Assembly: GCF_000025945.1 (NCBI RefSeq) | Contig: NC_006138.1 | Span: forward strand, 2,310,001 to 2,342,000 | Source: Desulfotalea psychrophila LSv54 | GTDB taxonomy: Bacteria; Desulfobacterota; Desulfobulbia; Desulfobulbales; Desulfocapsaceae | Length of the DNA stretch: 32,000 nt | Direction: 5' to 3' | Shown here: positions 1-9,277 of the stretch, in pieces | Layout: every line of letters starts with the position of its first letter | Position numbering within the stretch: position 1 is the first letter of the stretch | Program-made: the position numbers and the translations under genes | The notes under the pieces: generated by a model | What the model saw: only the letters and a program-made list of their open reading frames with translations | What the model was told of the DNA's origin: nothing | Database searches by the model: none

Positions 1-797
1 ACTGACATACATCAAGACGCAACGTGATAAGATGCACGACGAAATTGATGTTGCAGGGCTTAGCTTTATCGAAAAACTTCTCCCTAGAAGAGGTAACCCC
101 TCTGCTATCTTTTTTGCCCAAATCTACCTCGATAGTAAGACCAACACCCCAAGCATGGCAGATCTGCAAAAGCTCAACAGTGTTGTTCAAAACTATATTT
201 CAATGAAGCCTTAGCTCGATTAGACCCTTGGCCGTGGTGAGATAAACAGCAAGGTATCTCGCATAAAAGACAGAGCTCTTGATATAGTAGCAACGCCTTC
301 TGCGGCTTTGTTTTAGCCACAGAAAATCTCTCCAAAGAGCGTCTTTCAACCTACAAACGATATACCATTTTAAGATGAGCACTAGCAAAAGCTTATCCAG
401 CCAGTAAAACAGAGCGGTATTATCTGTAATAACTCAAAAATTTAAATTATTTGATTTAAAAAAAGTAACCGTGCTTTTGCACCTCTACATGCTAAGCAAT
501 GGTTGATATCATGTTTCATGATATGCTGATATTTCATGGTGGAAATTTTCTCCATTTATGCACTTAATGTTCTTTAATCATTGCTTAAAGCAAAGAATAA
601 GTGTAGATCAGAAAAAAGTAATTTCAATCCTTTGTAAGGGATAAATATAGGTGTGTAGGTTGTAATGTTGGTAAACAGATTCGTTTGTTTTCCACTCGCA
701 CTATGATGACATAGAATCATTGGGGTAAAATTTTCAAGCAACAAACAACTGTTTCACGGGCACTACACCAAAACACTGAAGCGGCCTATTCGCAAAA

Positions 798-888
798 AGA
801 TCAGGTTGTCGAAAAGTGCTAGGCTATATGTCAGCGGTACTTTTATAGAGAGAGCATTTTACTAAACAACAAATTGGCGTAACGACCA
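798..888 (+). repeat. Dispersed ~90-bp repeat, copy 1 (5' of NgoFVII-like gene)
   Basis: 'GATCAGGTTGTCGAAAAGTGCTAGGC...TTTTACTAAACAACAAATTGGCGTAACGACC'. Confidence 0.6.
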
Positions 889-941
889 ATAGCTGTGTGG
901 TATGAAAAACAACTGAATTACAAATCAACAAAGGATGAAAT

Positions 942-1913
942 ATGTTTTCAACTGATTTATATGATAGCGTTTTACTTGCTCCAGCTACACAAGGTGCTGA
1001 CCATTTACATGTCATATCTGGATATGCAACTGCGGCAATGGCGTTTCGCCATATCAGGCATGTAAATAAACAAGGGCATGACATAAAGGTAGATTTAATA
1101 GTAGGTATGTGCCCTAATGATGGCCTGTCGATTAGTAATCACAACGGTTTTAAAAAACTTGTTGAAGATGATTTTGCTGGTAAATTCGAATGCTCTTATG
1201 TGATGGCATCACCTGCTATTCATTCAAAAGTTTATGTTTGGACAAAAGATAATAAACCTGTATTTGGTTTTGCTGGTTCTGCCAATTATACTCAAAATGC
1301 TTTTTTTTCCAAACAGCGTGAAGCAGTAGCCTCATGTGATCCTAACATCGCTTACGACTATTTCCAAAATTTACTCTCTGACACCATATGTTGCACACAC
1401 AATAATGTTGAAAACTCAATACAGTTATACAATGAAAATTACTCGAAAAAGAAGCTACAACTTGTGGAGCAAGGAGCGTTTGAGGAAACAACACCTGACC
1501 ATATAAAGGGGTTACCTAAAATAACAATCTCATTACTTGCAAATAATGGCACTTTGCCGCCACGTTCTGGATTAAACTGGGGACAACGCCCAGAACAACA
1601 CAGAGCGCCAAACCAAGCCTATATAAGATTACCTTCTACCGTTTACCGGACAGATTTTTTCCCGGAGAAGACAATTCAATTTACAGTTTTAACAGACGAT
1701 GGAGAAACAATAATGTGTACTCGTGCCCAAGAGAATGGGAAAGCAATACATAGTCCCCACAACAACAGTTTAATTGGGAAATATTTTAGGAATAGACTTG
1801 GATTAACTTCCGGTGTTTTGGTTACAAAAAACGATTTGACATCATACGGTCGTAGCGATATTACCTTTTATAAAATTGATGACGAAACATATTATATGGA
1901 TTTTTCAGTTTAG
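942..1913 (+). CDS. NgoFVII-family / phospholipase-D-like restriction endonuclease
   Basis: 323-aa ORF with HKD-like motif 'HSKVYVWTKDNKPVFGFAGSANYTQNAF' typical of PLD-nuclease restriction enzymes; lies near a C5 methyltransferase. Confidence 0.8.
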   Translation: MFSTDLYDSVLLAPATQGADHLHVISGYATAAMAFRHIRHVNKQGHDIKVDLIVGMCPNDGLSISNHNGFKKLVEDDFAGKFECSYVMASPAIHSKVYVWTKDNKPVFGFAGSANYTQNAFFSKQREAVASCDPNIAYDYFQNLLSDTICCTHNNVENSIQLYNENYSKKKLQLVEQGAFEETTPDHIKGLPKITISLLANNGTLPPRSGLNWGQRPEQHRAPNQAYIRLPSTVYRTDFFPEKTIQFTVLTDDGETIMCTRAQENGKAIHSPHNNSLIGKYFRNRLGLTSGVLVTKNDLTSYGRSDITFYKIDDETYYMDFSV

Positions 1914-2084
1914 CTGTGAATGGACAACTTTCCCGAGTTTTATTGCGTAAATCATGGGTCATGATGCCAAAACGTTGAAGTAATAGTATAGTGTATTCTT
2001 TTTAATGTTTTGATATAGCTACAGCAAAAATACCTTGTCGGTTTTGTGATAGCATTGAGTGACCGGTATTTTTACAGAAAGAGA

Positions 2085-2117
2085 GTTTTTCTAAAACAAC
2101 AAATTGGCATAATGACC
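2085..2117 (+). repeat. Dispersed repeat, copy 2 (3' core only, 5' of HNH gene)
   Basis: 'GTTTTTCTAAAACAACAAATTGGCATAATGACC'. Confidence 0.6.
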
Positions 2118-2151
2118 ATTTCTTAAAACTAGTCGTTGTCACCACATTCAA

Positions 2152-2865
2152 TTGCAATATCAATACCTATTGAAGAGAAACTTGAAAAAGAACTGGAGCG
2201 AAGAAGAGTTGCGTGCCTCTGTTGATGCATATGTCGAAATGCATAGCCTCGAAGCTAGAGGCAAGCCTTTTGTAAAAAAAGCCTACTACGAGACCCTCGC
2301 CAATACATTCGGTCGCACCGTGAAGTCATACGAGTACCGCATGCAAAACATCTCTTACGTCTACTCGCTTCAAGGTCGTCAGTGGGTGTCGGGGCTAAAA
2401 CCAGCCCGGAATGTCGGTGTCAATGTGATTCAGATGCTCGAAGACCTAATTGCCAAGAGTGAAGGACAACATCTAGTTGCAATCGCTTACTTTAATGCGG
2501 CAGTAGAAAAACTCAGAAAAAGACCTCCATCTTTACCTCCAAAGGGCAATAAAAAGCCAGCGTCATTTCTGTCTTCGGGCACACGATTTGTCCGAGATCC
2601 GGAAGTTGTTGCATGGGTTCTCGCTGAAGCGGCAGGCCACTGTGAATGTTGCGAGTCATCAGCACCATTTTTGCGAGAAGACGGGTCACCATTTTTAGAA
2701 GTTCATCACGTCCAGCATTTAGCAGATCATGGTGAAGATACAATAAACAATGCAGTAGCACTCTGCCCCAATTGTCACAGCGAACTGCACTATGGTATGG
2801 GCAAAAAAGAACTGGCAGAGGAGCTACGGGCGAAGATCACCAGGCTTCAAGTGACCGGCGCGTAA
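2152..2865 (+). CDS. HNH endonuclease
   Basis: 237-aa ORF; C-terminal HNH zinc-type motif 'CECCESS...LEVHHVQHLADHGEDTINNAVALCPNCHSELHYG'. Confidence 0.85.
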   Translation: MQYQYLLKRNLKKNWSEEELRASVDAYVEMHSLEARGKPFVKKAYYETLANTFGRTVKSYEYRMQNISYVYSLQGRQWVSGLKPARNVGVNVIQMLEDLIAKSEGQHLVAIAYFNAAVEKLRKRPPSLPPKGNKKPASFLSSGTRFVRDPEVVAWVLAEAAGHCECCESSAPFLREDGSPFLEVHHVQHLADHGEDTINNAVALCPNCHSELHYGMGKKELAEELRAKITRLQVTGA

Positions 2866-2907
2866 TACGTATAACAAGTTGTTGCAGACATAAAACTTAT
2901 ATGCGAA

Positions 2908-2938
2908 GTAGCTGAACAACAGATTGGCATCACGACCT
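2908..2938 (+). repeat. Dispersed repeat core, copy 3 (between HNH and methyltransferase)
   Basis: 'GTAGCTGAACAACAGATTGGCATCACGACC'. Confidence 0.5.
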
Positions 2939-3535
2939 GCTTTCCATTCTCTCAAGTCACCTTTTTGTAATGTTGTTACATCATCATTTTGTAGGTATCC
3001 ACCCTCCAGATTAAGAGCATGCTGTCCCGATGATATCGTAATGTACTAAATTTCAATCAATTAATTCTCCACGGAAAACGTCATCGAACCTCATATTTTA
3101 ATACTCTGCCCCCTGCCTTGTCGAAATTTCCTCAATATTCTCTAGGTGCTACAAAGAAAATCACCAAGCTATGTTCGTAACTTCTATTTATACATAACAA
3201 TAAAAAACCTTGTCAGTTTTACGGCAACGAAAGAGGTCTTGCTCTTATTCTTTAGAAACAGCCACATATGAGCGTAAGGGCTTTACATTGTTACCTTTTT
3301 ATTCAGTTTTATTGTGTGTAAAAGATATGGCAAGAGAATCAATAACTTTTTGGCCTAATTGCAGGTTGTTATCAACACAAGTACCACTTCAGTTACAGAT
3401 TGATCTAGCAACCTATTGCGAAAACGATTAAAAAGAAGCTTCTGCGTCAAGAGCAGAAATTTTTTTTCACCAATACTGAAAGCACCTTTTAAAGAGACTT
3501 TCATCACAGATAGATAAGCATACAAAGAATAAATA

Positions 3536-4618
3536 ATGAAATTTGAACTTGCGGAACTGTTTTGCGGCCCTGGAGGAATTGCCCTGGGGGCACAACTAGC
3601 TGGTGTAGTGTACAATAACAGAAACAATGAGTCTTTCTCAATTGCCCCCAGCTGGGCAACTGATTATGATGAAGCCACCTGTCGAACTTACGCTCTTAAT
3701 ATCCATAACTCTAACGAGCTTGATCTTGACACTGTAGTTTGTCAAGATGTCCGAGAGTTAGATATAGAGGCCTTGCGTCCTCGGCAAGCGTTGGCGTTTG
3801 GTTTTCCTTGCAATGACTTTAGCAGTGTTGGTGAGACAAAAGGGCTAAATGGACAATTTGGTCCTCTTTATAAATATGGTGTTAAGTACCTTCAAACACA
3901 TCAACCACAATGGTTTGTTGCAGAAAATGTTAGTGGCTTATCTCATGCCAATGGAGGAAAAGCTTTTAAACTTATCCTGCGTGAGATGGAAGATGCTGGA
4001 TACAACATCACTCCTCACCTATACAAATTTGAAGAGTATGGTGTACCTCAAGCACGCCACCGAATAATTATTGTTGGAATCAGGAAAGATCTAAATACAG
4101 AATTTAAGGTGCCTGCCCCCACAACTCCTAATCAATATAAATCTTCTGGGGAAGCTTTAACATGTCCCCCAATTCCTGAGGACGCGCCAAATCAAGAAAG
4201 AACAAGGCAGTCTCAGCAGGTTGTTGAACGCTTAAATTACATAAGACCTGGCGACAATGCTTGGTCTGAAGATATTCCTGAGCATCTTAGGTTAAATGTC
4301 AAAGGAGCAAGACTTAGTAATATTTACAAAAGACTTAACCCAAACAAACCAGCTTACACAGTCACGGGCAGTGGAGGCGGTGGAACCCATATGTATCACT
4401 GGGAAGAGCCAAGGGCTTTAACAAACAGAGAAAGAGCGAGGTTGCAAACATTCCCTGACAACTATCGATTTTGTGGAAATAAAGAAAGTGCCCGGAAACA
4501 AATAGGTATGGCAGTTCCACCTCAAGGGGTAGCTGTGATTTTAAATGCAATACTTAAGAGTTTTGCGGGGAAAGATTACAATAATGTTCCAAGCAATGTG
4601 CTAATGCGTTTTTCATAG
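3536..4618 (+). CDS. DNA (cytosine-5-)-methyltransferase
   Basis: 360 aa with C5-MTase motifs: 'ELFCGPGGIALG' (I), 'GFPCNDFSSVGE' (IV), 'ENVSGL' (VI), 'QARHRIIIVG' (VIII), 'GQ/KQIGMAVPPQGV' (X-like). Confidence 0.9.
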   Translation: MKFELAELFCGPGGIALGAQLAGVVYNNRNNESFSIAPSWATDYDEATCRTYALNIHNSNELDLDTVVCQDVRELDIEALRPRQALAFGFPCNDFSSVGETKGLNGQFGPLYKYGVKYLQTHQPQWFVAENVSGLSHANGGKAFKLILREMEDAGYNITPHLYKFEEYGVPQARHRIIIVGIRKDLNTEFKVPAPTTPNQYKSSGEALTCPPIPEDAPNQERTRQSQQVVERLNYIRPGDNAWSEDIPEHLRLNVKGARLSNIYKRLNPNKPAYTVTGSGGGGTHMYHWEEPRALTNRERARLQTFPDNYRFCGNKESARKQIGMAVPPQGVAVILNAILKSFAGKDYNNVPSNVLMRFS

Positions 4619-4667
4619 ACAAAAAAGTTTTTTAGCCCCCAATAGAGCCTGGCCGTGCCAAAGTGGC

Positions 4668-4883
4668 TTGAACTGGGGGCATAGCGTTGTTAACGGCCGC
4701 CATAGAAAATCAAACCAAGCTTATCTTTCAAACAGAAAAAAGGCGAGAACAGAAAGGGTTTTGCCAGAGTATCAGCTTACCGTCACTCTTCTTGCAGACG
4801 ATGGAAAGGTTATGAGCTGTACGGCACAACAGGAAGACAGAAAGGCTGTTTCTACGAATAAAGGAAAAATTCTGCTAGAATAG
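4668..4883 (+). pseudogene. Remnant of the C-terminal domain of an NgoFVII-like endonuclease
   Basis: 'YQLTVTLLADDGKVMSCTAQQEDRKAVSTN-KGKI' aligns with 'KTIQFTVLTDDGETIMCTRAQENGKAIHSPHNNSLIGK' of the ORF at 942..1913. Confidence 0.55.
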
Positions 4884-5311
4884 ATTATCTTATAACAAAT
4901 TACTTCTTTGGCAACTCAGCTTAATGAGCTGACATTGATTTCCCCACCGTCCCTGCACCTTGACCAGGGAGCGATCACACTGTTGCCTAGTCTTTGTAAC
5001 AGGCACTATATTTAACCTGTGTCTAAAGCTAAAAAACATTCACAATAGGCATTCTCTAATTTTTTGTTGTGGCTGAAATGTAGATTTGTTAGTTTTGTCA
5101 AATAGTATGCTCGACCCTTGGCACCTTGACAATGGGTATGGACAGCTTACCGGATGTTTTCCTTATTGTTACTAGCATGGTTAGTGATATCAGTTGTTTT
5201 TTCTAATAGGGTAAAAAATGGCCCATTTTTCTTTAATCTAGATAAGAAATAAAGTCTATTTCGAAAGAAAATTTCCAGCTAGAAACCTTCAAAAAAGGTC
5301 TTCTGCATAGG

Positions 5312-6889
5312 ATGACAAAAGAACAAGCCCTCCTCGCCCTGGCGAAAAAGAGACAGACCACTAGGTACGACGGTTACACCTCTATCGGTGACTACAATGG
5401 TGGTGTTTGGGAGTGTGATTATGTCTCCCCCTACAGTAAATCCGCCCATAATGTTGATGCCAGGGTCATGGCCGTTTTGCAAGACTGGTGCTCATCCGAT
5501 GCTTTTACAGGTGACATTTGTGTGGAAGATTTGAGCCTTGGCTATGATAGCACGGCAAAAACTAATATTAGCTTAATGACCCTGCTCCAGAACCATTTTG
5601 GCCTCTCCCTGCAGGATACTTATACGACCAATCTGTTTCCCTATATCAAGCCTGGTGCTATGAACGCACTTATCTCCATTAAAGATCTTACTCGCGCCGC
5701 CAAAGATTTTACCCTACCCATGGTGGAAATTATTCAGCCACAGCTGGTTATCTGCTTTGGCAAAAATACCTTTAACGTCATGCGTAGGGCCTGCGGTATG
5801 GGGGATACCAATAATGTGGCAGAGGCCATCGATTCAAGTTTTCAATATCGGGGTGCCACTCTTTGCTGTCAATCCCATCCGGGGCAGTTGGGTAAAAACA
5901 ATAGAAATAAGGGTGGAGTCGATAGGGCATCCGCCGACTGGCAACGGCTAAAGACCGTATTGGACGAGAATAAAATAGAGAAACCCTCTTCAGACGTTCT
6001 CTCACCATCCACCAATAAAACAAACATCATGACTGCTAAAAAACATACAGGATTTATTCAGTGGTTCGGCCCCCTATTAAATGCCCTGCGGGACCTGGGT
6101 GACTCTGGCAGGCCCAGGGAGGTCTCTGCGAAAATAGCCGAGAACCTCAAATTACCCGATACCATCCTCGATGCAAGCTTCAAGAGTGGTACACAGAAAT
6201 TCCACAATCAGGTCTGTTGGGCCCGGCAATATCTGGTATGGGCAGGGTTCCTCGACTCGTCCATCCATGGTACCTGGAAACTGACTGAAAAGGGGCAGGG
6301 GGCACACCTCAGCGTAGATGAAGCCGCGGCTCTTACTCGAAAGTGGAAGGCTATCCATCAGGAAAGACGAAAACAGCGGCCATCTGCAGAGCATCCCGAG
6401 GCGGAAGAGATAGAGAACTTCCCCCAACCGGAAAATGATCTTCTTACCGTGCTACGTTCCATCTCCCCCACAGGTTTTGAAAAGGTTACCAGAGAGCTGT
6501 TGCGAGAATCAGGTTTTGAGAAAGTTGAAATCACAGGTGGTTCAGCAGATGAAGGTATAGATGGCTATGGTGTCCTGGCGCTGAACCCCTTTGTTAGCTT
6601 CAAGGTGATCTTTCAGTGTAAGCGCTATCAGGAGGGTAATAATGTTGGCCGAGTCCAGGTGGCCGATCTTCGTAACTCCATGTTGGGCCGTGCTGAAAAG
6701 GGTATCATCATCACCACCTCAACATTTACTCAGGCAGCTCTTAAGGAAGCAAACCGAGACGGTGCTGCCACCATAGAACTCGTCGATGGCGAAAAACTGG
6801 TAGAGATGTTCCAGAAGGTACAACTCGGCCTCACTCAGAGGGTTGTCTACGATATCGATCAAGAATATTTTGCCAAATATGCGGAGTGA
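5312..6889 (+). CDS. Fusion: putative uracil-DNA-glycosylase-like N-terminal domain, Mrr N-terminal winged helix, and Mrr catalytic endonuclease domain
   Basis: 525 aa. C-terminus 'GFEKVTRELLRESGFEKVEITGGSADEGIDGYG...FKVIFQCKRYQ...GIIITTSTFTQAA' is Mrr_cat. Middle region resembles Mrr_N. N-terminus 'TTNLFPYIKPG...PQLVICFGKNTFN...CCQSHPGQLGKNNRNKGG' resembles the UDG-superfamily layout (less certain). Confidence 0.75.
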   Translation: MTKEQALLALAKKRQTTRYDGYTSIGDYNGGVWECDYVSPYSKSAHNVDARVMAVLQDWCSSDAFTGDICVEDLSLGYDSTAKTNISLMTLLQNHFGLSLQDTYTTNLFPYIKPGAMNALISIKDLTRAAKDFTLPMVEIIQPQLVICFGKNTFNVMRRACGMGDTNNVAEAIDSSFQYRGATLCCQSHPGQLGKNNRNKGGVDRASADWQRLKTVLDENKIEKPSSDVLSPSTNKTNIMTAKKHTGFIQWFGPLLNALRDLGDSGRPREVSAKIAENLKLPDTILDASFKSGTQKFHNQVCWARQYLVWAGFLDSSIHGTWKLTEKGQGAHLSVDEAAALTRKWKAIHQERRKQRPSAEHPEAEEIENFPQPENDLLTVLRSISPTGFEKVTRELLRESGFEKVEITGGSADEGIDGYGVLALNPFVSFKVIFQCKRYQEGNNVGRVQVADLRNSMLGRAEKGIIITTSTFTQAALKEANRDGAATIELVDGEKLVEMFQKVQLGLTQRVVYDIDQEYFAKYAE

Positions 6890-7085
6890 TTTTTCTTAGT
6901 CTCTCCTTCTGAGGGATTAAGTGGTCAATGATTGATCTCAATGCAGTTTACGATTATATAGAAGTAGAGGATGATGAGTAATCGCCTAACGGGGATAGGT
7001 ATGGATATTCCAAGGCCGTTCTACTTGCTGATCACTGCTTATGCAGTTATTATAGTCAATATTATGAACAAATTTTGAGGGATTT

Positions 7086-7259
7086 ATGATTAATAAAAAA
7101 ATAGAAATATACGGAGTCAAAGCCGTTGTACGACCCAAGATCAAGGCACTGAAAAGCCTTAATTTATCAGGGGGTGGGGGTAAACAAATCGTCAAATCAG
7201 AGACGAAATTAGTTTTAAGAACACACAAAAAAACTTTCAAAAAACTGGCTGATATGTAA
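7086..7259 (+). CDS. Small antitoxin-like protein upstream of Doc-type toxin
   Basis: 57-aa ORF 'MINKKIEIYGVKAVVRPKIKALKSLNLSGGGGKQIVKSETKLVLRTHKKTFKKLADM', its TAA overlapping the ATG of the downstream toxin (TAATG). Below the ORF-track cutoff. A second copy is at 14400. Confidence 0.6.
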   Translation: MINKKIEIYGVKAVVRPKIKALKSLNLSGGGGKQIVKSETKLVLRTHKKTFKKLADM

Positions 7260-7660
7260 TGAATATAATTAGATTTCCTTTTGAAAGGGTCATAGAAATA
7301 AACAACTACATATTAGAGCATGAGCCAGGCATGAAAGGCTCTATTGACATCCCTAAACTTCAAGGCGCTTTGGCTCGTATTGACAATGCAATTGTCTACT
7401 CTGGTCTCGATGATGTCTTTGAAATAGCAGCAACATATACTGCATGTGTAGCTGTTGCCCACGCCCTCCCTGATGCCAACAAGCGTACAGGCTTAGCCGT
7501 TGCCTTAGAATACTAATCGCTCAACGATTTTGAGCTCACAGCAGATAACGAATTGCTTGCCGATGCAGTGAGAGATTTAGTCATCAAAAAAATTAGTGCA
7601 GATGATTTTGCTGATTTACTCTATGCACAGCACATAAAAGAAAATCCAACCTCAATATAA
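7259..7660 (+). pseudogene. doc: Death-on-curing (Doc)/Fic-type toxin interrupted by one in-frame TAA
   Basis: ORF 7259..7516 has Fic/Doc motif 'HALPDANKRTGLAVAL'. After the TAA at 7514-7516 the same frame continues to 7660 as 'SLNDFELTADNELLADAVRDLVIKKISADDFADLLYAQHIKENPTSI'. Confidence 0.75.
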
Positions 7661-7669
7661 CATTCAAAT

Positions 7670-7789
7670 CTACTGCTCGTTTTTTCGAAGCTTTATGAGT
7701 TTCTTTCTCAGGGCATAAACAGATTCAAGCCGTTCATACTCAGCCTTAACCCCATCTTTTTTCAAAGCCTTTTTTTTGAATTTTTTCAT
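7670..7789 (-). pseudogene. Truncated N-terminus of an XRE/HigA-like antitoxin
   Basis: 39-aa ORF 'MKKFKKKALKKDGVKAEYERLESVYALRKKLIKLRKNEQ'; the leading segment resembles N-termini of HTH antitoxins, but no HTH is present. Confidence 0.35.
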
Positions 7790-7944
7790 AAAATTTTTTA
7801 TTTATTCTAGGGTTTTCACAAAAAATAAAGGGTAATAATCTCTCTTCCCATGCTAAAAGTAAACACGGGATAGGGGGAAGTCTACCTATCCACAAAGCAC
7901 TCCGTTCCAGAAAATTACATAAAGCCAGCGGGAGTGTTCAAGGG

Positions 7945-8742
7945 TCACCCCTCAAGACCTTCCATGATAGCCTGAGCACGAGCATTCCCTTGTTGGGCGC
8001 TCTTATCAAGCCAGAAAAATGTCTTATTCAGATCTTTTACAGTCCCCTGGCCCTTATAATACATTAATCCTAGCCGATATTGAGCGACAGCATCCCCTAG
8101 TAGAGCACTCTTTTCAAACCAGCTGAATGCTTTCTTCAAGTCTTTCGCAGTCCCTTGCCCCTTATAATACATGTAACCTAAATTATACTGAGCATTACTA
8201 TTTTCTTGTAGAGCACTCTTTTCAAGCCAAACAAGAGATTGCTTTAAGTTTTTCGGGGTACCTTTACCAGTATAGTGCATTACTCCTAGTTGAAACTGAG
8301 ATAAAGCCTGCCCCTGCAGAGCACTCCTTTCAAACCAGATAAATGCTTCCTTCAAGTCTTTCGCAGTACCCTCGCCAGTGTAGTACATTAATCCTAACCG
8401 CATTTGAGCTAAAGCAGCTCCCTGCAGGGCACTCCTTTCAAACCAGGCAAATGCTTCCTTCAAGTTTTTCGTAGTTCCCTTTCCATTATAATACATATCT
8501 CCCATATTGTATTGAGCTGTGGAATATCCCTGCTGAGCGCTCTTTTCAAACCAGATAAATGCTTCCTTCAAGTCTTTCGACACACCCTCACCAGTGTAGT
8601 ACATTAATCCTAACCGAGATTGAGCTATGGCGTTTCCCTGTTGAGCCTTTTCCATTATTTCGCTTCCATGGCAAAATGTTGCAAAAAAAAGTAACGTCCA
8701 AACAGTAATAAGAATTTTATATTTCATCCTAAAGCCTTTCAT
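7945..8742 (-). CDS. Secreted Sel1-like repeat protein
   Basis: 265 aa with signal peptide and about six 36-aa SLR units such as 'AFIWFEKSALQGxAxAQxxLGxMYYTGxGTxKDLK'. Confidence 0.9.
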   Translation of the reverse strand: MKGFRMKYKILITVWTLLFFATFCHGSEIMEKAQQGNAIAQSRLGLMYYTGEGVSKDLKEAFIWFEKSAQQGYSTAQYNMGDMYYNGKGTTKNLKEAFAWFERSALQGAALAQMRLGLMYYTGEGTAKDLKEAFIWFERSALQGQALSQFQLGVMHYTGKGTPKNLKQSLVWLEKSALQENSNAQYNLGYMYYKGQGTAKDLKKAFSWFEKSALLGDAVAQYRLGLMYYKGQGTVKDLNKTFFWLDKSAQQGNARAQAIMEGLEG

Positions 8743-8753
8743 TAAGTAATTGG

Positions 8754-8845
8754 TTATGATACCAATCTGTTATTTAGTAAAATTTTCACTTTATTAAAGT
8801 ACCAATATCATGCAACTTAGCGCTTTTTGAAAATCCGATTATTTT
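8754..8845 (-). repeat. Dispersed repeat, copy 4 (5' of the Sel1 gene, same orientation as the gene)
   Basis: Reverse complement: 'AATAATCGGATTTTCAAAAAGCGCTAAGTTGCATGATATTGG...GTGAAAATTTTACTAAATAACAGATTGGTATCATAACC'. Confidence 0.7.
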
Positions 8846-9277
8846 GCGTTTAAGACGCTTATAGCGTGGCGCCCATGTGTACCACAGGTACCCTTAAGAA
8901 CTCTTGCAGTATCACTAAGCAGCCATCATTGGCAGGAGCTGTATCTTTCGTTGCGAATCGGCTTCACAGGCGTAGTCTATCTGGAAGGTTCGCTTGCAAT
9001 CTGAACAACGAAATCTTTGATTTCCATTACTGCCCTTGCCGTGCCGCCTTACCTTATCAATACCACCGCAAAAACGGCAGGAACTTTTATTGTAACCATA
9101 TCAGAACCTTAAAAAAGTACACTATACCATCACTTCAACGTTTTGGCATCACGACCCGTTTGCCAGGCCTCACCTTCTGGGTACAAAATATACTTTCTTT
9201 AGCTGCCTTAAATAGATAATATTAGAGAGTGATCTTGGGAAATTTGAATTTTATATAAAACCTTTATCGTACTGAGA

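Noticed and set aside
24-388. Short ORFs at the left edge
   Set aside because: Possibly the tail of a gene outside the window, but no motif supports a product.
7514-7516. Recoding explanation for the doc stop
   Set aside because: The codon is TAA, not TGA, so selenocysteine does not apply; treated as a nonsense mutation.
8866-9219. 117-aa ORF between the Sel1 and GGDEF genes
   Set aside because: No start context or recognisable family; partly overlaps diverged intergenic repeat sequence, so not called as CDS.
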